Notes: a model not told the origin generated them from the sequence alone. A DNA stretch of 64,000 nt from Harriotta raleighana (GCA_050575255.1 JBNZDD010013725.1:10370221-10434220), one strand, 5' to 3'; numbered from the stretch's first letter, positions 1-15,158 are shown. A program made the numbers and translations.

Positions 1-101
1 TTTTATATGTGAAAAGAGAAGGGAGTTTCTTCTTCCTGGTCAACAATCTCCCAAATAAAATTTAAAAAGTCACTCACTCGATGGCTGTATGTGGGACATT
101 A

Positions 102-417
102 GTGGAGTCCTGTAGCTCAATGGTTAGAGCACTCGCCTTACAAGCGTGAAACCTGTGTTCGAATGCAGGCAGGTCAAAACCTTGGGCAAGTTTCATTACT
201 TCACACGCCTAATAATAATCCCTCAAATAAAAGCAATAATAAAATTGGTCATTTCAATCCACAACTGTTTGTGGGACACTGCAGTGCGCAATTGGCATTT
301 CTCCCACAAATAGAGAGTCAATTCACTTTACAGTTTATTCTGTGAAGCGCTTTGAAACGTCCAGAAGATGTGAAAAGCACTATATCAAATGAAAAGATTA
401 TTATTATTATTATTATA
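102..417 (+). mobile_element. tRNA-derived SINE, full-length copy of the dominant family
   Basis: tRNA-like head with A box (TAGCTCAATGG) and B box (GTTCGAAT), a conserved core, and a (TTA)n tail; many homologous copies in the window. Confidence 0.88.
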
Positions 418-699
418 TGAAGGACAGCACTCCCAACAAAGGAACACCTCCCACTGCTCCATTTGAGTATCAGGCTTCTAGAACCCAAGGGAAAGGCTAC
501 ATATTCAGGAGGGAAATGGTTTTGAATATCTTGGGGGTATAACTCTACGTCATGTTAAACGGTCCAAGATGCTACCCTGCATGAAGGGCACTATATTAAT
601 GCAATTTATAGGTTCAAATCAGATTCCAATTTACGAGATAACTAAATACCTAAACCGTTACATAAAGCAGATACTCATCCAGGTATATGGGAGGGTTGT

Positions 700-1240
700 G
701 TAACAATAACAAAATTACATTTGTTAGTGCCTGAAAGGAGAGGAGGACGTCCCAAGGTGCATGACAGACCATGCTCGGGGTAGGGATTGGGCATGGTGGA
801 AGGCAGGAAGGATAGCATAGTTGATTGAAAGCATGGTCGAACAAGAACAACAAAATTACATTTATAGAGTGCCTTTCACAACAACATTATATTTATAGAG
901 CACCTTTCACATTGGGAGGACATCCCAAGGCTCTGAAATTAATTACCCATTTCATCTGGGGTACTGTTGACTAGGATTCCAGAGGAGGGCCTTGAAGGAG
1001 GCAAGGAATGGGGTGAGGTGAAGGGACTGTGGGATGGAGTTCCAGAGATGGGGGCCAGAGTGGCTGAAGGCCCATCCACAAATGCTGGGATGGCCGAGGC
1101 AGGGGACATGAAGGAGGCCGGAGCCTGCTGAGCGGATGGAGCGGACAGGTTGTTAGGGTGAGACCATGAAGGACTGTGAAGGTGAGGAACAGCCTCAAGA
1201 CCCCACCCTCTTGCCTCCTGTGTGACCATGCCTTCTGTCA
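700..1240 (-). mobile_element. L2 LINE 3' fragments
   Basis: Several reversed L2 tails (aacaacaaaattacatttatagagtgcc) plus an ORF2 C-terminal remnant. Boundaries approximate. Confidence 0.7.
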
Positions 1241-1584
1241 CCCTCTGTCCCCTATTCCACCCTGCCTTCCACCCCTACTGATCCCAACCCCCAGATTGGG
1301 TCAAATCCTTGACCTTTCAACCCTTTTAGACATCCATCTGATGTGAAATTCCTATACCAAAGGTAATTTGTTGTTGAAAAGAAGTTTGTGAGCCAATTTC
1401 TGCCAACAAATACAAAACTTGACTGTATTTAAGAAACATCTTCAAAATACAGCTACACATTTCAATTAGGAATATATACTTTTTTATTCCCCTCAGAAGG
1501 AGTGGACAGGTCTGTATGTTGAAGTTGATAAGAAATAGGGCAAGGCCCAGGAAAGATAAACCTGCCAGAATATTTTGTCAACTT

Positions 1585-2395
1585 TCTACAGTTGAATGTC
1601 AACAAGACTGATGCCCTCCTGATTGGCTTGAGCCAGCACCACCGCACTTCAGGCATCAGCAGCAGCATCCTCTATGGATGCACACTCACCAAGCCAGTCA
1701 GGAGCCGAGGTTTCTTATTCGATCCTCAACTGTTTTTTCTTCCCCACATCCATACCATGACCATCTCTGCCTAGCCTGACCTCCGCAACACTGCCCGAAT
1801 CTGCCACTACCTCACCCCTCAGGCCTCTGAAACTCTCATTCATGCTTTTATCAAATCCAGGCTCGACTGTGCCAACTATGCTTGTTGGCCTTTCCAACTC
1901 CTCCCTCCATAGGCTGCATATCATCCAGAACTCTGTAGCCCATGTCCTCTCCCATCATGCTCCGCGACCCCATCTCCCCCATGCTTGCCCAACCCCATGA
2001 GCTTCCCATCATTCAGAGGTTTCAATTCAAGATCCTGGTCCTCACCCTTAAGTCTCTATGACCTTGCCCCATTCTATCTCTGCGACCTTCTGATCCCCTA
2101 CCAACCTGTCCGCTCAGTGAGCTCCGGCCTTTTCCACACCCGCCCCAACATCGGCAGCGGGTGAGCCTTCTGCCACTCTGCCCCGAACCTTTGGAATTCT
2201 ATCCCGCAATTTCCCCACCTCGCCCTCCCCCTAACCTCCTTCAAGTCCCACCTCAAAGCCCTCCTCTTTGACCGAGCCATCAGTCACCTCCCTTTCCCTC
2301 CCCGATCCTAGCTCAGGTCCGAAACACTGACTGTCCAGCGCGTTGGGACATCCTCCCGATGTGAAATGCACTTTACAAATATCATTTTGTTGTAC
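1585..2395 (+). mobile_element. L2 LINE 3' fragment (degenerate ORF2 end and 3' UTR)
   Basis: FLQLNVNKTD and ..QRFQFKILVL-like remnants; 3' end cagcgcgttgggacatcctcccgatgtgaaatgcactttacaaat..ttttgttg. Boundaries approximate. Confidence 0.8.
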
Positions 2396-2500
2396 ATTTT
2401 GTCAAAGTTACTGTTGATTATGGAGAATTTTACACATTTAATACACATTGAGCTAAAATTTTTGTAAATTAAATTTTTATTTATATAAAGGAACACTTAC

Positions 2501-2711
2501 CTCTTGCATCACTTGTTGTTGGAATTGGGCTATTCCTTCCAATTCTGTATTGTGTGGTCTCATTTTCACCATCTTGGTTATCACGATCATCTATCAATTC
2601 CGCAGGTTCATCATTCCTCATTTCTCTGGGTTTATTTGCATGTCCAAAGTACTTCTGCAGCCAGCCAGGTACTATATTCTTCACAGTGTCTGTAACTTTG
2701 CTGACGAGTCC
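2501..2711 (-). CDS. NUP153: Nucleoporin NUP153, coding exon 2 (gene continues beyond the left edge)
   Basis: Encodes GLVSKVTDTVKNIVPGWLQKYF..., matching human NUP153 GILSRVTESVKNIVPGWLQRYF. Acceptor atcag|GGA, donor GAG|gtaagt; 211 nt, phase 0 to 1. Confidence 0.95.
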
Positions 2712-4964
2712 CTGATATTTAAAATATAGTTTGAGAGTTAACATTATGCATAGTCTTTCTGGCTTTCAATTTTAATCAGTTATAAAAAGGTATTTGTTTT
2801 CCCAATTTTCTCCAAACTGAGGAATACAGATTCACAGTTATTTTGTTTGACATATTTATGATTTTCAACCACAGATATTGATGCCATGGATGTTCCTTCC
2901 TCTTCGCTGCACATGAACACCACGTAGCCCTGCTAAATGACTTCCTGAGCGATGCTCAGCCGCAAATGGGAGTAAAAATCAAACATTAAAGCACATTTGA
3001 AAAACAGAGGTATAGGCTGGAGAAGATAGCACAGGTAGGACAAGATGAGTGCTTGGAAAGATTTGATGGTCAGGACTAGGATCTAAAAATGACTAGGATC
3101 ATCAAAGCAAAACCAAACCTTGCCCACAACCAACATTCGTACACACATTCCAGGAGAGATCAAAGTGGAACAGGAAACACAACTTATTTTCTCCTTTGAT
3201 AGTTTAATGATGCAACTTATTAATACAAGCACAAGTTGTTTCTGTCCGGTTTAAGGATTCAATCTTGTAACCCTTCAGCTTGCCTGCCTTAGTCCAAGTC
3301 AGTCAGTGAATTTAAACCAACATTCCAATCAGTGATAAACTTACCCAAATTTGGGGATCAGCCAGATGACTGAAGCATATGGAAACCTATCATTATTTCT
3401 AAACCAAACAGTTCCATGCATCGCACCTACACATGGAATTTCCAGAGACAAATTGTTGGAATGGAATGTGCACTCTATTTTGTGGGTCGCTGCTGACCTA
3501 ATTCTGTATATAGTGACTCGGGTTGGCAAGAGCCCAGGCTTGGGGACCCCAGAAAGTGGGTTGGGGTGCTACTGGAATCTGACCAGCTAAAATCACATAG
3601 TTGCTATTGATAGCACTGCCTGGTGAGCTTTCCACTGCTTGTCCAGCTAGGATTACCCGAACTGTTAGGGCTTTGGCTTGCAGGTCTAACAGAAGCTGAG
3701 TAGCATGACTCCATGCCCCGAGTGACTGTTCAGCCTTTCCAAGTCCTGCCAATGACCCAGAGTGGCTGTTCTGTCATCAGCTGTCCCTGGAGTTCTGATG
3801 GCTCCAGGAACTTGACCACTGAGACCATCACAGAGGTTTGGGCTTGATTATGTCATTCTACTGCCAGACCTGCCACCTAGCCCAATTACCAATATAAGCT
3901 TCTTGAATTTCACTTGTGATTTAATGACATCACAAACCCAGCAACTGGATTACCATATTATAAACTCACCAACAGCTATCCAGTATCGTACCATATCGCC
4001 ACTGCGCAGTACAATGTCTATCAGCCTGAAATTTAAATTGTATCCTACAGGTTGGTAAGCAAGAAAGGATATCAAGACTCAAGACTTTACACGGCTTTAT
4101 TTTCAGTAGCAGCAGGTACCTCTTCTCTCACACTGTTCAAGTCCCCCCACTTGACTGTACAGCACCTTGGGATGTCCTTCTGACGTGAAAGGCGCTATAT
4201 AAATATAATATATAAATAAAAATAAAAAAATAAATAAGAGACGTGAAGGACTCTATATAAAAACGTAATTGTTGTATACGGTCACCTTTAAACACATCCA
4301 AGTTCTCTTTGTTTTTACAACACATTGAACTGTATCAGTTACTACTTTTTGTTCTTCAGCATCCTGTGTAAAAGATGCTACTTGTGCTAGTTAACTCTTT
4401 TCAAAGATTTGTGGCCAAGACATTTGCTAATTCCTCCCTAATATTCTTGAACAAACACTGAATTTTAAGCTATATTGCTGTCAAAATAGCCATATAATAA
4501 ATTTAGTGCAGATTAAAAACTAAACCACAGGAGATGGTAGACATTGTGCTTCAATCAGAAATTCTAATTTATACTATACTTGCTAGTCAAGTATTTTTCA
4601 TGTTTCAGAGATTAATGTCACAAATAGTCAGCACTTTTCACATCAATTGTTAATCAGAACCAATTCATAATTTCCATTTAAAATAACTTATTCTAATTAC
4701 TTTGCATGTGTTAACAACAGAATACATGATAACCATGGAATGTGATCTACAACCCAAGAGCAGCCACTACTCAGGTTAGCCTTCTCACAAATATAAATCA
4801 TATCCTATAGCTCCTTATGAATCCACTAAAAAGAAATGGTAAGTAGGTTAGCCCATTAAAATTCTATACACCAATTCTGTGAACCCGTTACCCACTTCCT
4901 CGGCCGGCTTCATTGGCGGCCCATCCCCCAAGCCATAGTTCAAAATCACTGGGGGGTCACCGGA

Positions 4965-5350
4965 CAACAACAACAACTTGCCACTTGTATAGCGGCCTTC
5001 ACAATGGGCAGCATCCCAGAATGCTTGACAGTGGCAGAGTTTGACCCCGAGCTAGTGGGAGAGAGAGGTGACCGTAAACATGATCAAAAATGAAAGTCTC
5101 TGGGTGGAAAGTGGAGCGGAATAAGGTGGTGGGATTGGATGAGAGTTTCAGAGCTTCAGGGCACAGTGGCTGAAAGCATGGTAGCCAACGGTGGAGTGGA
5201 GGGGGCGAGGGACAAACAGGAGGCTGGAACTGGTGAATAGTGGAGTGTGGGGAGAGAGGGACAGGAGAGCAAATCAGATAGGAAGGGAGGTACAGTACGA
5301 GTACATGAAGGGATGTGAAAACGAATGAGGGGATCTTGAAGTCGATCTAT
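4965..5350 (-). mobile_element. L2 LINE 3' fragment
   Basis: (CAA)n tail followed by a reversed ORF2 end ending in ...gatcttgaa. Confidence 0.7.
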
Positions 5351-8300
5351 TTAGTAATTGGAAGAGCAGTGTGGACATGCAGCCAAAGTTTTTGCACCAC
5401 ACTTCTACTGGGAATGGCTCACTTCAATCACACATTCATAGCAGTTGTGATGTGAGAGTAACATGGTCAGAATCAGTTGTAACCAGACGAGAAATCAAAG
5501 AAGCTGTTTTTCTTTAAACATCTTTCAGGATGTCTGTTCTTCTGGGACACAAAACCTTTGGCAACATTCTGCTGTTAACATTTTAGTCTTCAATTGTGGC
5601 CAAGTGGTTGGGCCAATGAATTGTTAATCTATTGTTTTGTGCACATGTTGAGTTCAAATCGTATCCCACCACTTTACAAGTGCTTTGAGACACTGTCCTG
5701 TGTGAGGAGTGCTATACAAATGCAAGTTGTTGTTCTTACATTCCTTCCTCAGTCTCAAGGTGTAACACATTTTAAATGGGATTGTAAATATAAACCCAGA
5801 ACAATATTTTAAGATCTAACAAGGCAGAAGAACATAAATTTAGCATTGCAGAGAATTGCAAAGGTCAATTTCAGGACAGTCACCTGAAAAAGTGTCTTTA
5901 TTCTGAGAGTAATTAACGATGAACACCGCTAGGAAAGATTATTGAAGCCAAGACACTGAACTCATTTAAAAAGCGTGTTGGTGCTGCAATGGGAGGACAG
6001 TAAGTGGAGACAGTAAGCTAGTTTCATTCAATGTAGCAGTTGGGTCCCTAATATTGACCTCAATGCCATTTGGATAGAGAAGGGGAAATAAAATAAAGCA
6101 GGAACTCATTTACTAGCTATTGTTGCCCACACATTATGGTTTCAGTTAACTAGCTTTACTTCAAACAATAACCAAACTTTCAGCTCTGTATGGCTCAAAC
6201 CTTTAGCCAAGTAGCCATTTTATGTTTCAGTAAAGAACAGGATTACACTGAACTACACACACTAAATGACCTGCAAACATTCTGTGCCTGGGACTAGGTT
6301 GATACATGGCAGAATGGCAACTAGGGTGAGATACCAAAGATAACTAGGTACGAGTTTATATTATAGCAGTCATATCTGCTCATGAAGGTTTTTGCAATGC
6401 ACCTTTAAGTATTATGAAGCATTAAGAAATACTGTATGAGGACAAACAATACATTTCAATTTTACTAATCATTTATGGCTGTCAACACAGCAAACAAAAT
6501 GCAAATCAAGGCTCGTAGAAATGATACCCTTATCTATCTGTGCAACCGCCTTCAACCATATTGACCCAGCTGCTCCACTCACTCAGTGATATTGACCTAC
6601 TTCATGTCCCTTCATGTTACTGAACTATATGTCCCCGATAGACAGACAGGTTTTCAGCCATTCTGTCCCATTCTTAGGAACTTCACACTGGAGTCCGTCC
6701 CGACTTACTTCCTCCCATTATTCATGGCATATTTCAAAACACACTTTCTTGACCACACTTTTGATCTCACCCCTCCCCCCGCCCAACCCCACTGCCCTTT
6801 GTTTCCTCCCCAGCTTGGATGCCCACCCAGCATCAAGAACTTGGAAGAGAAATCTTGCCAACATGAAATGTGTAAATTGTACAGTACTTCCCTCTTGAAA
6901 TTCACAATAGACTCTGCTCCCATAATTTTAATTGGCAGAGAATTTCATGTCTCAACAACGGTGTGAAAAAATTATCTTAAACTCTTCTTTTGCTCTTTTT
7001 GTGATTTTATCATATCTATGACTGACCTCTAGTCACTGACTCAGCAAAAATAACTTCATCTTATTTATCTTTTGCAAAAAATAATTATGCACATTTGTCA
7101 GGTCCTCTCTCAATCTTTCCCATCCCAGTGAAAATAGCCCCAAATTCTCCAGTCATAACTGTAACCTCTCACTCCTGATATCTTCCTTATAAAACTTTTC
7201 TGCACTTCCTCCAAGGCCTCAGCATTGTTCCTTCCTCAAATGAGATGCTCCAAATTGAAAACAGAACTTCAGTGACACCTTAACCAATTATACATTTATA
7301 CGTCCAAGGCGCTCTATAAATGTAATTTTGTTGTTGTTTGTATATGCCCTCATATATAAAATTCAGATTACCATAATTTTACTCACAGTCCTATACACTT
7401 GCTCTTCCACTTTCAAGGGCACATTTGCACTCCCAAGTCCCTTTTCCACCCCCTCCTTGCAAGTCATTGGCATTCAATATATATTAATTCTCTTTGATTA
7501 TGTCAAAACAGCCTGCAACTAATTGGTTGTTCGAAGTTATCAGTTTATTGAAATTGGAAGTATGTTTCAGTGCTACAATTGCAAAGTTTGTTATATTACA
7601 CACAAGTGTGCAATTTGTCAAACATTAAAACTAATGAAGCGCTAAGATAGTTTAGAACACTCATGTAGAAGAAAGCACTTGCCTGTTCTCAAGCAATGGA
7701 TTAAAACACACAACTCACTGTTATAAGAGTCTTGCCAAGCTCATAAGTTCAGAACAGGCTGCGTCTTAGACCAGTTGCCAATGCTGGATCTTTAACAAGG
7801 CAGAAGTAACATACTTTACCGGACAGAGCATTCTGTAGTCATGCCAAGGCCAGCAGAACATATTCTGCAAACAGTGGATACAATGGTGGAAGAGTTGATT
7901 GGGTGCCTGAATACACCATACTTTTACCTCGGAGGTCTGTATCACTAGATTCCACAGTATTGGGACGTCCTCCAGCCGTGAATTGTACTATACAAATGTT
8001 ATTTGTTGTTGTTATTGACTGAAAGCAATTCTAAAATCAGTTCTTGGACGAAGGTCTATTAATTGCCAATCTTGCTCAGAAATCACATGACCAGTGTTTT
8101 TTTGGGTCAGCGGGTGTCTGACACACGTGGAAACCCATCATCATGCTTAAGAGGATACAAATCAAACTGAAAGTTCCATACATCCCACCTACACATGTAA
8201 ATGTATTAGGCACAGGTTAGCAGGAGCCAAAGCTTGGGTACCCCAAAGTGCAAGTTGTGGTATTGTTGGAGTCTAATCAGCTAAAACCACATAGCTTGCC

Positions 8301-10019
8301 ATTAATACTGCTGAAGCTGCTTGTCCAGCCAGGACCAACAACAGCAAAATTACATTTCTAGAGTGCCTTTCACATTGGGAGGATGTCCCAATGCGCCGAT
8401 TTGTCCACCCTATTTGTTAGGGCTTTGGGGTACTGTGGTCCTATCTTGCTCAGGAACGGGATTACCGAGACCACCACAGAGAGCTGGCTCGATTCTGACA
8501 TGCTATTGCTAAACACTTCTCCTCTAAGGAGAATTACTAGTTGGTCATGTTACATATGGAAATTTCATATCTCAACAAAATTATACTTGTAGAGTGCCAT
8601 TCACGTCAGATGGACAGCCATTGTTTCAGACCCGAGCTGGGGACAGGGAGGGTGGATAAATGCAACATAGGATTGAGTACAAGCTGAACATAAGAAATGC
8701 TAGACCATGGTTACATGCACATATGTCCAAACTACCGATGGATTACATCCCATAATGTTATTTCCTAAAAGCAAATTTATCTAATCTATGTTTGAAAGAA
8801 TCAATAAGAACGTAAGAAATGTTAGATGAAAAAAGACCATGGTCCTGAAGGAATACTCTAGAATAGTGTTGAGAAATGACTTCGCCCTGGACACTCCGGG
8901 ATGTGGGGGGGCATTAAAAATGTAGTGGTATTTTCCCCACATCATACTTCTGTATCTGCAGTATTTCCAAGAGTTTAGATTACTAATGAAGTTTCTTTAC
9001 ACAACTCAACACACCATGCTTTCAGAACTGAAGTTAAATCATGGAATCAACAAAGTCAGTCAAATTGAAAGATCATCCTTTGCCACCCACCTCCAAAACG
9101 CAATTAAGGCGATTTGCAAAATTTTATTATGACATTTTGCAATTGGCTGCCGCGTTACGTCCATAAATATACAGTTAACTCACTTTCTAGTACATTCCAT
9201 GAAGGGCTTTGAGAAGGCTAGAAGACATGAAAAGAGTTATATCAAATGCAAGGATTATTATTAAGGATTATTATTTGGGGGCATACTAGAGGAAGCTGTA
9301 TTGCTCTGGTTGATGTTGCACCTAACTTGAGTACTATGTATTCCAAGGTGGGAAAATGCATTATTCACCATGATAGGTGCAAAGCCAGGCTTAATTATGT
9401 GGTAGTCCCCAATAGCATCCATTGGGATATGAGAAGACAGGCCTCTTTAATGCAGTTCTGCAATCAGTTGCTAAGATACTCATAACATACCCAGTGACTT
9501 ACTTGCAGTTTTCCCCTCCCTGTGGGGAAACAGCGTAGCCTTAGGGGATTTCAATAGCAAATCGGTGTCCGGGTATAAATCTGTTCATTATCCTACATAT
9601 CCAAAACCAGGACAGGAATCAACATCAATAAAGTTAGGCGACTGCTATTTCACATCAGTCCAGCGAACCTTTTAAAAATAGATCACTCTTCCAAACTTCT
9701 ACTTTTTAAAAACACAGACAAGACCTAAGAGACCATTTAGCAAACTGCACTTCATAGTGTAAAGAGTAATCAAAAATCATTATAATGGATATGTAATATA
9801 CATGACCAATTTGGCAATTTAGTCGTTCCTGGCTCCCCACAAACTGCTGTATGTATATGCTAGTTTCATAACACAGTGGCTGAAAGCTCACCTGCAAATG
9901 GAAACTGAGGGAATGGAGAAAAATGAAGCAAGCCTAAATTAACCGAGCAGGAAATTTGATGGGAATATATGACTATAGGAGATCAGAGATAGTGTGGGAC
10001 AAGGCCATGGAGGTATTTG

Positions 10020-10900
10020 AAAGTTAGAATGAGGATAGTAAACTTACATTGCCTAGAGAATAACAACTCTCTCTGCACAATTTGCAGTCTTTTCCTATAC
10101 CAGGCTCCACAAATTCATTCTTTCTTGGGCTCCCTATCCAAATGGAGTTCAAGATCCTTGTTCTCACCTTTAAATTCTTCCATAGTCTCACCCTACTCCA
10201 CCTCTTCAACTCCGAACAAATCCAGTTGACACTGATGTACTCCATATCCCCCAATCAAACCACCCCACCATCAGAAACAAGTTTTCAGCCGTTGACATTC
10301 TCCTCTTCGCACATTCGGAAATTTACACTGTAAAGTATTCTTTTGACTACTTTCAGTTATCTTTCTCAGCCCCCCCACCCCTGCACCACTCAGCTCTGAT
10401 GTCCTGCCCGAATTGTCAAGTGCTTTCACTTTGTCTCCTCCAATGGCTTTTCCTCTAACCCTCACACAGTCACATGCAGCGTTCCCCAGGGCTTTGTCCT
10501 TGGTCCCTGCTCTTCACCCTTTACATTCTCCCCCTCAGTGACATCATCTGCAGACATGGGGTAAATTTCCACAGTATGCGGATGACACCCAACTCTACCT
10601 TTCCGCTTCCACCCTCGACTCCAGGACGACTGGTGTTCTGACTGCGCGTCTGTCCAACATCGAGTCCTGGATGAGAGACAACTTCCTCCAACTAAATATC
10701 AACAAGACGGAGGCCTTCCTGATTGGCTCGCGTCAGGGCCTCCGCACCTCAGGCACTGGCAACATCAGCATTCAAAACTGCTCTCTCCACCTCTCGAAGC
10801 CAGTAAGGAATCTGGGCCATCTTGTTCGACCCCAAACTATCCTTCCTCCCCCAAATCCGTGCCATGACCGCTCTATAAATGTAATTTTGTTGTTGTTTTG
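10020..10900 (+). mobile_element. L2 LINE fragments including reverse-transcriptase core remnant
   Basis: gttccccaggg..gtccttggtcc (VPQG..LGP) and tatgcggatgacacccaactctac (YADDTQLY), then WMRDNFLQLNINKTEAFLIG; frameshifted. Confidence 0.82.
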
Positions 10901-11329
10901 GAACATCCTTTTTAAGTGAAGAGCACTATGCAAGCGTAAATTATTTGGTACAGTAGATCCTAACAAGGTTAGAGGTGCCGGGCTCAAATGTCTGGTGTGA
11001 ACTTTTGCAGTGCAGTTTTAATACTTAATAAATGACAATAGATGTGGAATTCCATGCAAGATGCAATACCCTACCCTCTGATTTATGAATACTGTAGATT
11101 ACGCTACCATCAATCTTAAAATTATGCTAGTGTCTGCCATCATGCTCTACTCAAGTCTACAGAAAAGTTAAGATTTGGTTGAATCTTGTTATCATAACAG
11201 AGATACTCTCAGTACCTTGTTTACTTTATAATTCAGTACATGCATCAATATCTGTCTGGAGCTTCTCGGCTTCCTCAAACTGCCTTCACTTTATCTCCTC
11301 AAACAGTCTCTCCCCCTGCCCCCACTTGG

Positions 11330-12200
11330 TCCCGTGTGTTGTGCCCGAGAGCTCCATATATGGTTCGTCTTGGCGATGTCATCTGCAGACATGAGATAAA
11401 CTTCCAACACGTATGTGGATGACACATAAATCTACTTCTCCTCCAGGTACTACCCCAGGTCCGCCGATGTTATCTCAGCTTTTCTGGCAGACATCAGGAC
11501 CTGGATGAACAAAAACTTTGTACAATTGAATTTTCATAAGACGGAAAGCATATTCCATTGGCTCCCGTCAATGTCTTCTAGCCTATGGCTCTGACCTCCT
11601 CAACCTCCCCAACATATTGCTCAGACGTCCTGAACCAGTGTGTAACCTAGTGGATCAGGTTCAACCCACAGCCACCCTTCTTCCCCCACATCTTGTCCCT
11701 GACCAGGACTGCCTCATTGCCCATCTCAGACCATATCGAAGATACAGCGGAAACACTCGCCCCCCTGCCCAGGCAACTCAACATCTCAAATGCTCTCTTT
11801 GCTAGTCTCCCCACCTCCTCCATGCACAGGATCCAGCTGATCCCAAACTCCTCCACCTGCATATTCACCGATACCCCGATTACATCAGTTATAGCTAGGC
11901 TCCACTGGCACACTGTCGCTGAACTGATCGAATTCAAGATCCTAACCCGTTTTCAAATCCCTTCATGGCCTGGCAACTCGCTACACGTCCGATCTGCTTA
12001 CCCCACAACCTGCTGCCTCCGCCAGAGACTGGCTCTAGCCTTCTGCATGCCCTCCGTTTCAACCACTTTGCCCCATTGGAACACTCTTACTCTGTTACTC
12101 CACTCTACTCCTTCCTTTCCCAACTTCAGGTCACACCTGAAGACCTTCCCATTCGACTGTGCCTAGGTCACCCGATGATCACCACCCCATCCTCTCCATC
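11330..12200 (+). mobile_element. Degenerate L2 LINE ORF2 fragment
   Basis: YVDDT-like RT remnant and RLHWHTVAELIEFKIL (ORF 11693-12166). Confidence 0.78.
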
Positions 12201-15158
12201 CCAGCTCATTGCTTCACCACTATCAAGCACGCTTGAATGCTACCCTGTGTATAGTACCAACATTAAGCATGTTGGTATTGTATCATACTTTCTTGATCAA
12301 TCCCTGGCAATGAGGTACCCAAGAGGGGGAAAAAAAGCTATTGGATAAAAGGGCAAATTTAATTTATTGCGTAATCACTCCTGAATTTGTAGAAGTTGGT
12401 TGGGTAAATGTACCTGAAGTCAGTGATTAGCATTAAGAATCAAAATAGCTACTTTTAAAACTTAATATAGAACAATTCAACCTAATATTTACGTACAGTA
12501 CTGTCTGGAGCTCCATGTATAATTCTTAATAAACTAAGAAAAAAAAACACTGAAACATACAAGGCTTGAACGATTCCTTGATCACAGGTTTACTCCTATT
12601 TTGATTCATACAAATGTAGCAGATAAATCACGTGACCACTTAGAGACCACGTTTTTTTTTGTACAAAATGAACAGCTTATCTAGTCTTTTCCTTAAGGCA
12701 ATGGCATATCCCGAGACATGATTCCACAAGCTTCTGTAGAGTTCTCCATTACTTGACCAAAGTGATCATAATTCATGTGGAAGCCTAGACAGTGAATATT
12801 GACAGGCTATTCAACCAAGCAAGACAACTCGCTAAGCCTGATGCCATCTTGATCTTATGTCCACAAAACCATACTGTTCACAAGGGATCCCATCAATGAC
12901 TAGTCATTACTAGCTGATTTCCCCAGGGTGCTAAGGTCACTTTCAACTCCCCCAACCAATTCAACATAAACCACAAAATCAAACTATTGCTACCTTTATT
13001 CACTAAGCAATTGAGAGAACACTGTAAATGATTCTGACGAGCTAATGAGCACTGTACCTGTTCTGTGAAGTTGCAACGTAATAGTGAACATAGTGAACAA
13101 AGTGCTACGTGATGCGACTGCCTAGAATAGAGCGCAAAGAGCATCAACAAGAAACATGAGAACAGAAAAAACAGAAGTAAAAGAGGCCCACATTATTAGC
13201 TGGGAACGTGAAGACAAAATACAAACAGAGAAAAACGCCAAACAGTAAGCATAACCTACAATCAAAGTACTCACTGTTCAATCAGCCAACATGATAGCTT
13301 ACAAATATGCTAAGCATTATGTTGTTTAACATCCCACAAGAATGATGGGAGGTAAATACATCCTCAATCTTAAGCTTTGTCATGTAAAGACAATAGCCAA
13401 TAAATATAAATCTAAGCCTCATATAGATTAAGATGCATTTCAAGCTGCAGCAAATATATACTCCAATTAAATGAAAAATGCCATGTGTTATATACTTTCT
13501 TTTATTAAGGGGACTCTTCAAAATTCACCTGTGATTTTAAAAATATTTGAGAAGCAATATCTTGCCTATTCTGAGATATCAAAAGTTCCAGTTAATAAAA
13601 GATGTTAATATAGTTTCCAGATTAAATTTTACTCAGGGCTCCAATTGACAATACAATAGCACTAAACAGCAAAGCTAGTTTCCAAATTAAATGGGTGTTC
13701 ATGAGAGGTTCAGTTCTCTGCCTATAAAATATACAGTCACTACATTATACAGTATATTCTGTGAAGCAGTTTAAGATGCTTCAATGATAAGGTACTATAT
13801 CCAAATTTATTAAGCGGGGAGCAGAAGAATAGAGAATATTGAAGTTTGACAAGCCTCAGTATTTTATGGCAAGCTTTCAACTAAACTGTACATTTTTGAT
13901 CAATCTGCATTGGAATTTCAGAGCTGCACTGTTCAAAACAAGAGCATGATCCAGTATAATTATTTTAACTATACTAAATTTTCTTTAAAATCTTTACTGT
14001 TCAAATAGCTTGTAAATCTCAACATCACATTATTTTCTCAGACAAACATCACTGATGATAAAGCCTGACATCACAAGCAACATGAGCAAATCTAACCTTT
14101 TTTTGTTAAAAGGAAGCTATAATCATTTACCAAAATAAAATTAATCTGAACGATAGCATAGCACAATTCAGATGAATGTTTTAAATTTATTGAAATTGAA
14201 AATCTATACTAACCTTCAAAATATCATGACTCATCAACAAAATGGCTAAATACATTTTAATTATTTTTTACGTTTAACTAACGGTTTATAAATACACTAT
14301 ACATATACCTATTAATCATAATACCTCTATCCACAAAATAATACAACGTCAACATGTTGGAAATCAAGAAAAAAAAACTCTCGGCGACAGAAGATTTGTA
14401 TATTGTGCAGTTCAGCTGGTTGAAAATAGTCTTGACTAATTTTGCATTTAAAAAATCAAGCGTTAACATCGAATGAGGCGACAATTTGCGTCTTCAATAC
14501 CCGATCTACATGCGAGGAGACGCGTGGAGGAGCAAAATCGATGAAAAAAACGAAACATGGGAACAGATTAAATGCGCAACGCTGCGAGAGNGACTCGTCC
14601 CCTCTCTCCCACCTTTCAAATCCCACCTGAAAATTTTCCTCTTTGACTGTGCTCCCAGCCAGCCCTCCCCCCCCCCCCCCCCCCCATATTGGCAGCACGT
14701 TGTGAAGAACTGGAAACGGTGATTCGCGCTGGACAGGGCCCCGATGCGGGCAGCCACAGGAGGAGGGCCGGGAGCGGGGGCCGAGGTGGGGAAAGGGAGC
14801 AAATTTACCGCCAGGGATAATGCAGCAGGAACCCGCCGAAAGCTATAAGAACCGCGATCAAGTAACGAGCAAATAAAATGCGCCTGAGGACGGGAGAGAG
14901 GTGCAACTGATTCACCGCTCCTCTCCCCTCCCTTCCCTCCAGCCCTCGGGTAGGCCTGCCTCCGCCCGCCGACACCATTTCTCGCTCGCTCGGGGAGAAA
15001 AAGAAGCAGCGTTGGCGTATCCCAGGCCGAGGCTCCACCGACACACGTACCGGCCTGGCCATTCAGAAACAGCCCCTCACGTCCAGCCGCGGCCTCCGCC
15101 AGCCCCGCCACCGGCTGCCGGCGCCGCAATGTTTGATTTGTATTCCGTCTCCCCTCAC

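Noticed and set aside
102-175. tRNA-Val(TAC)-like sequence
   Set aside because: It is the head of a multi-copy SINE; the acceptor stem does not close and it continues into the SINE core.
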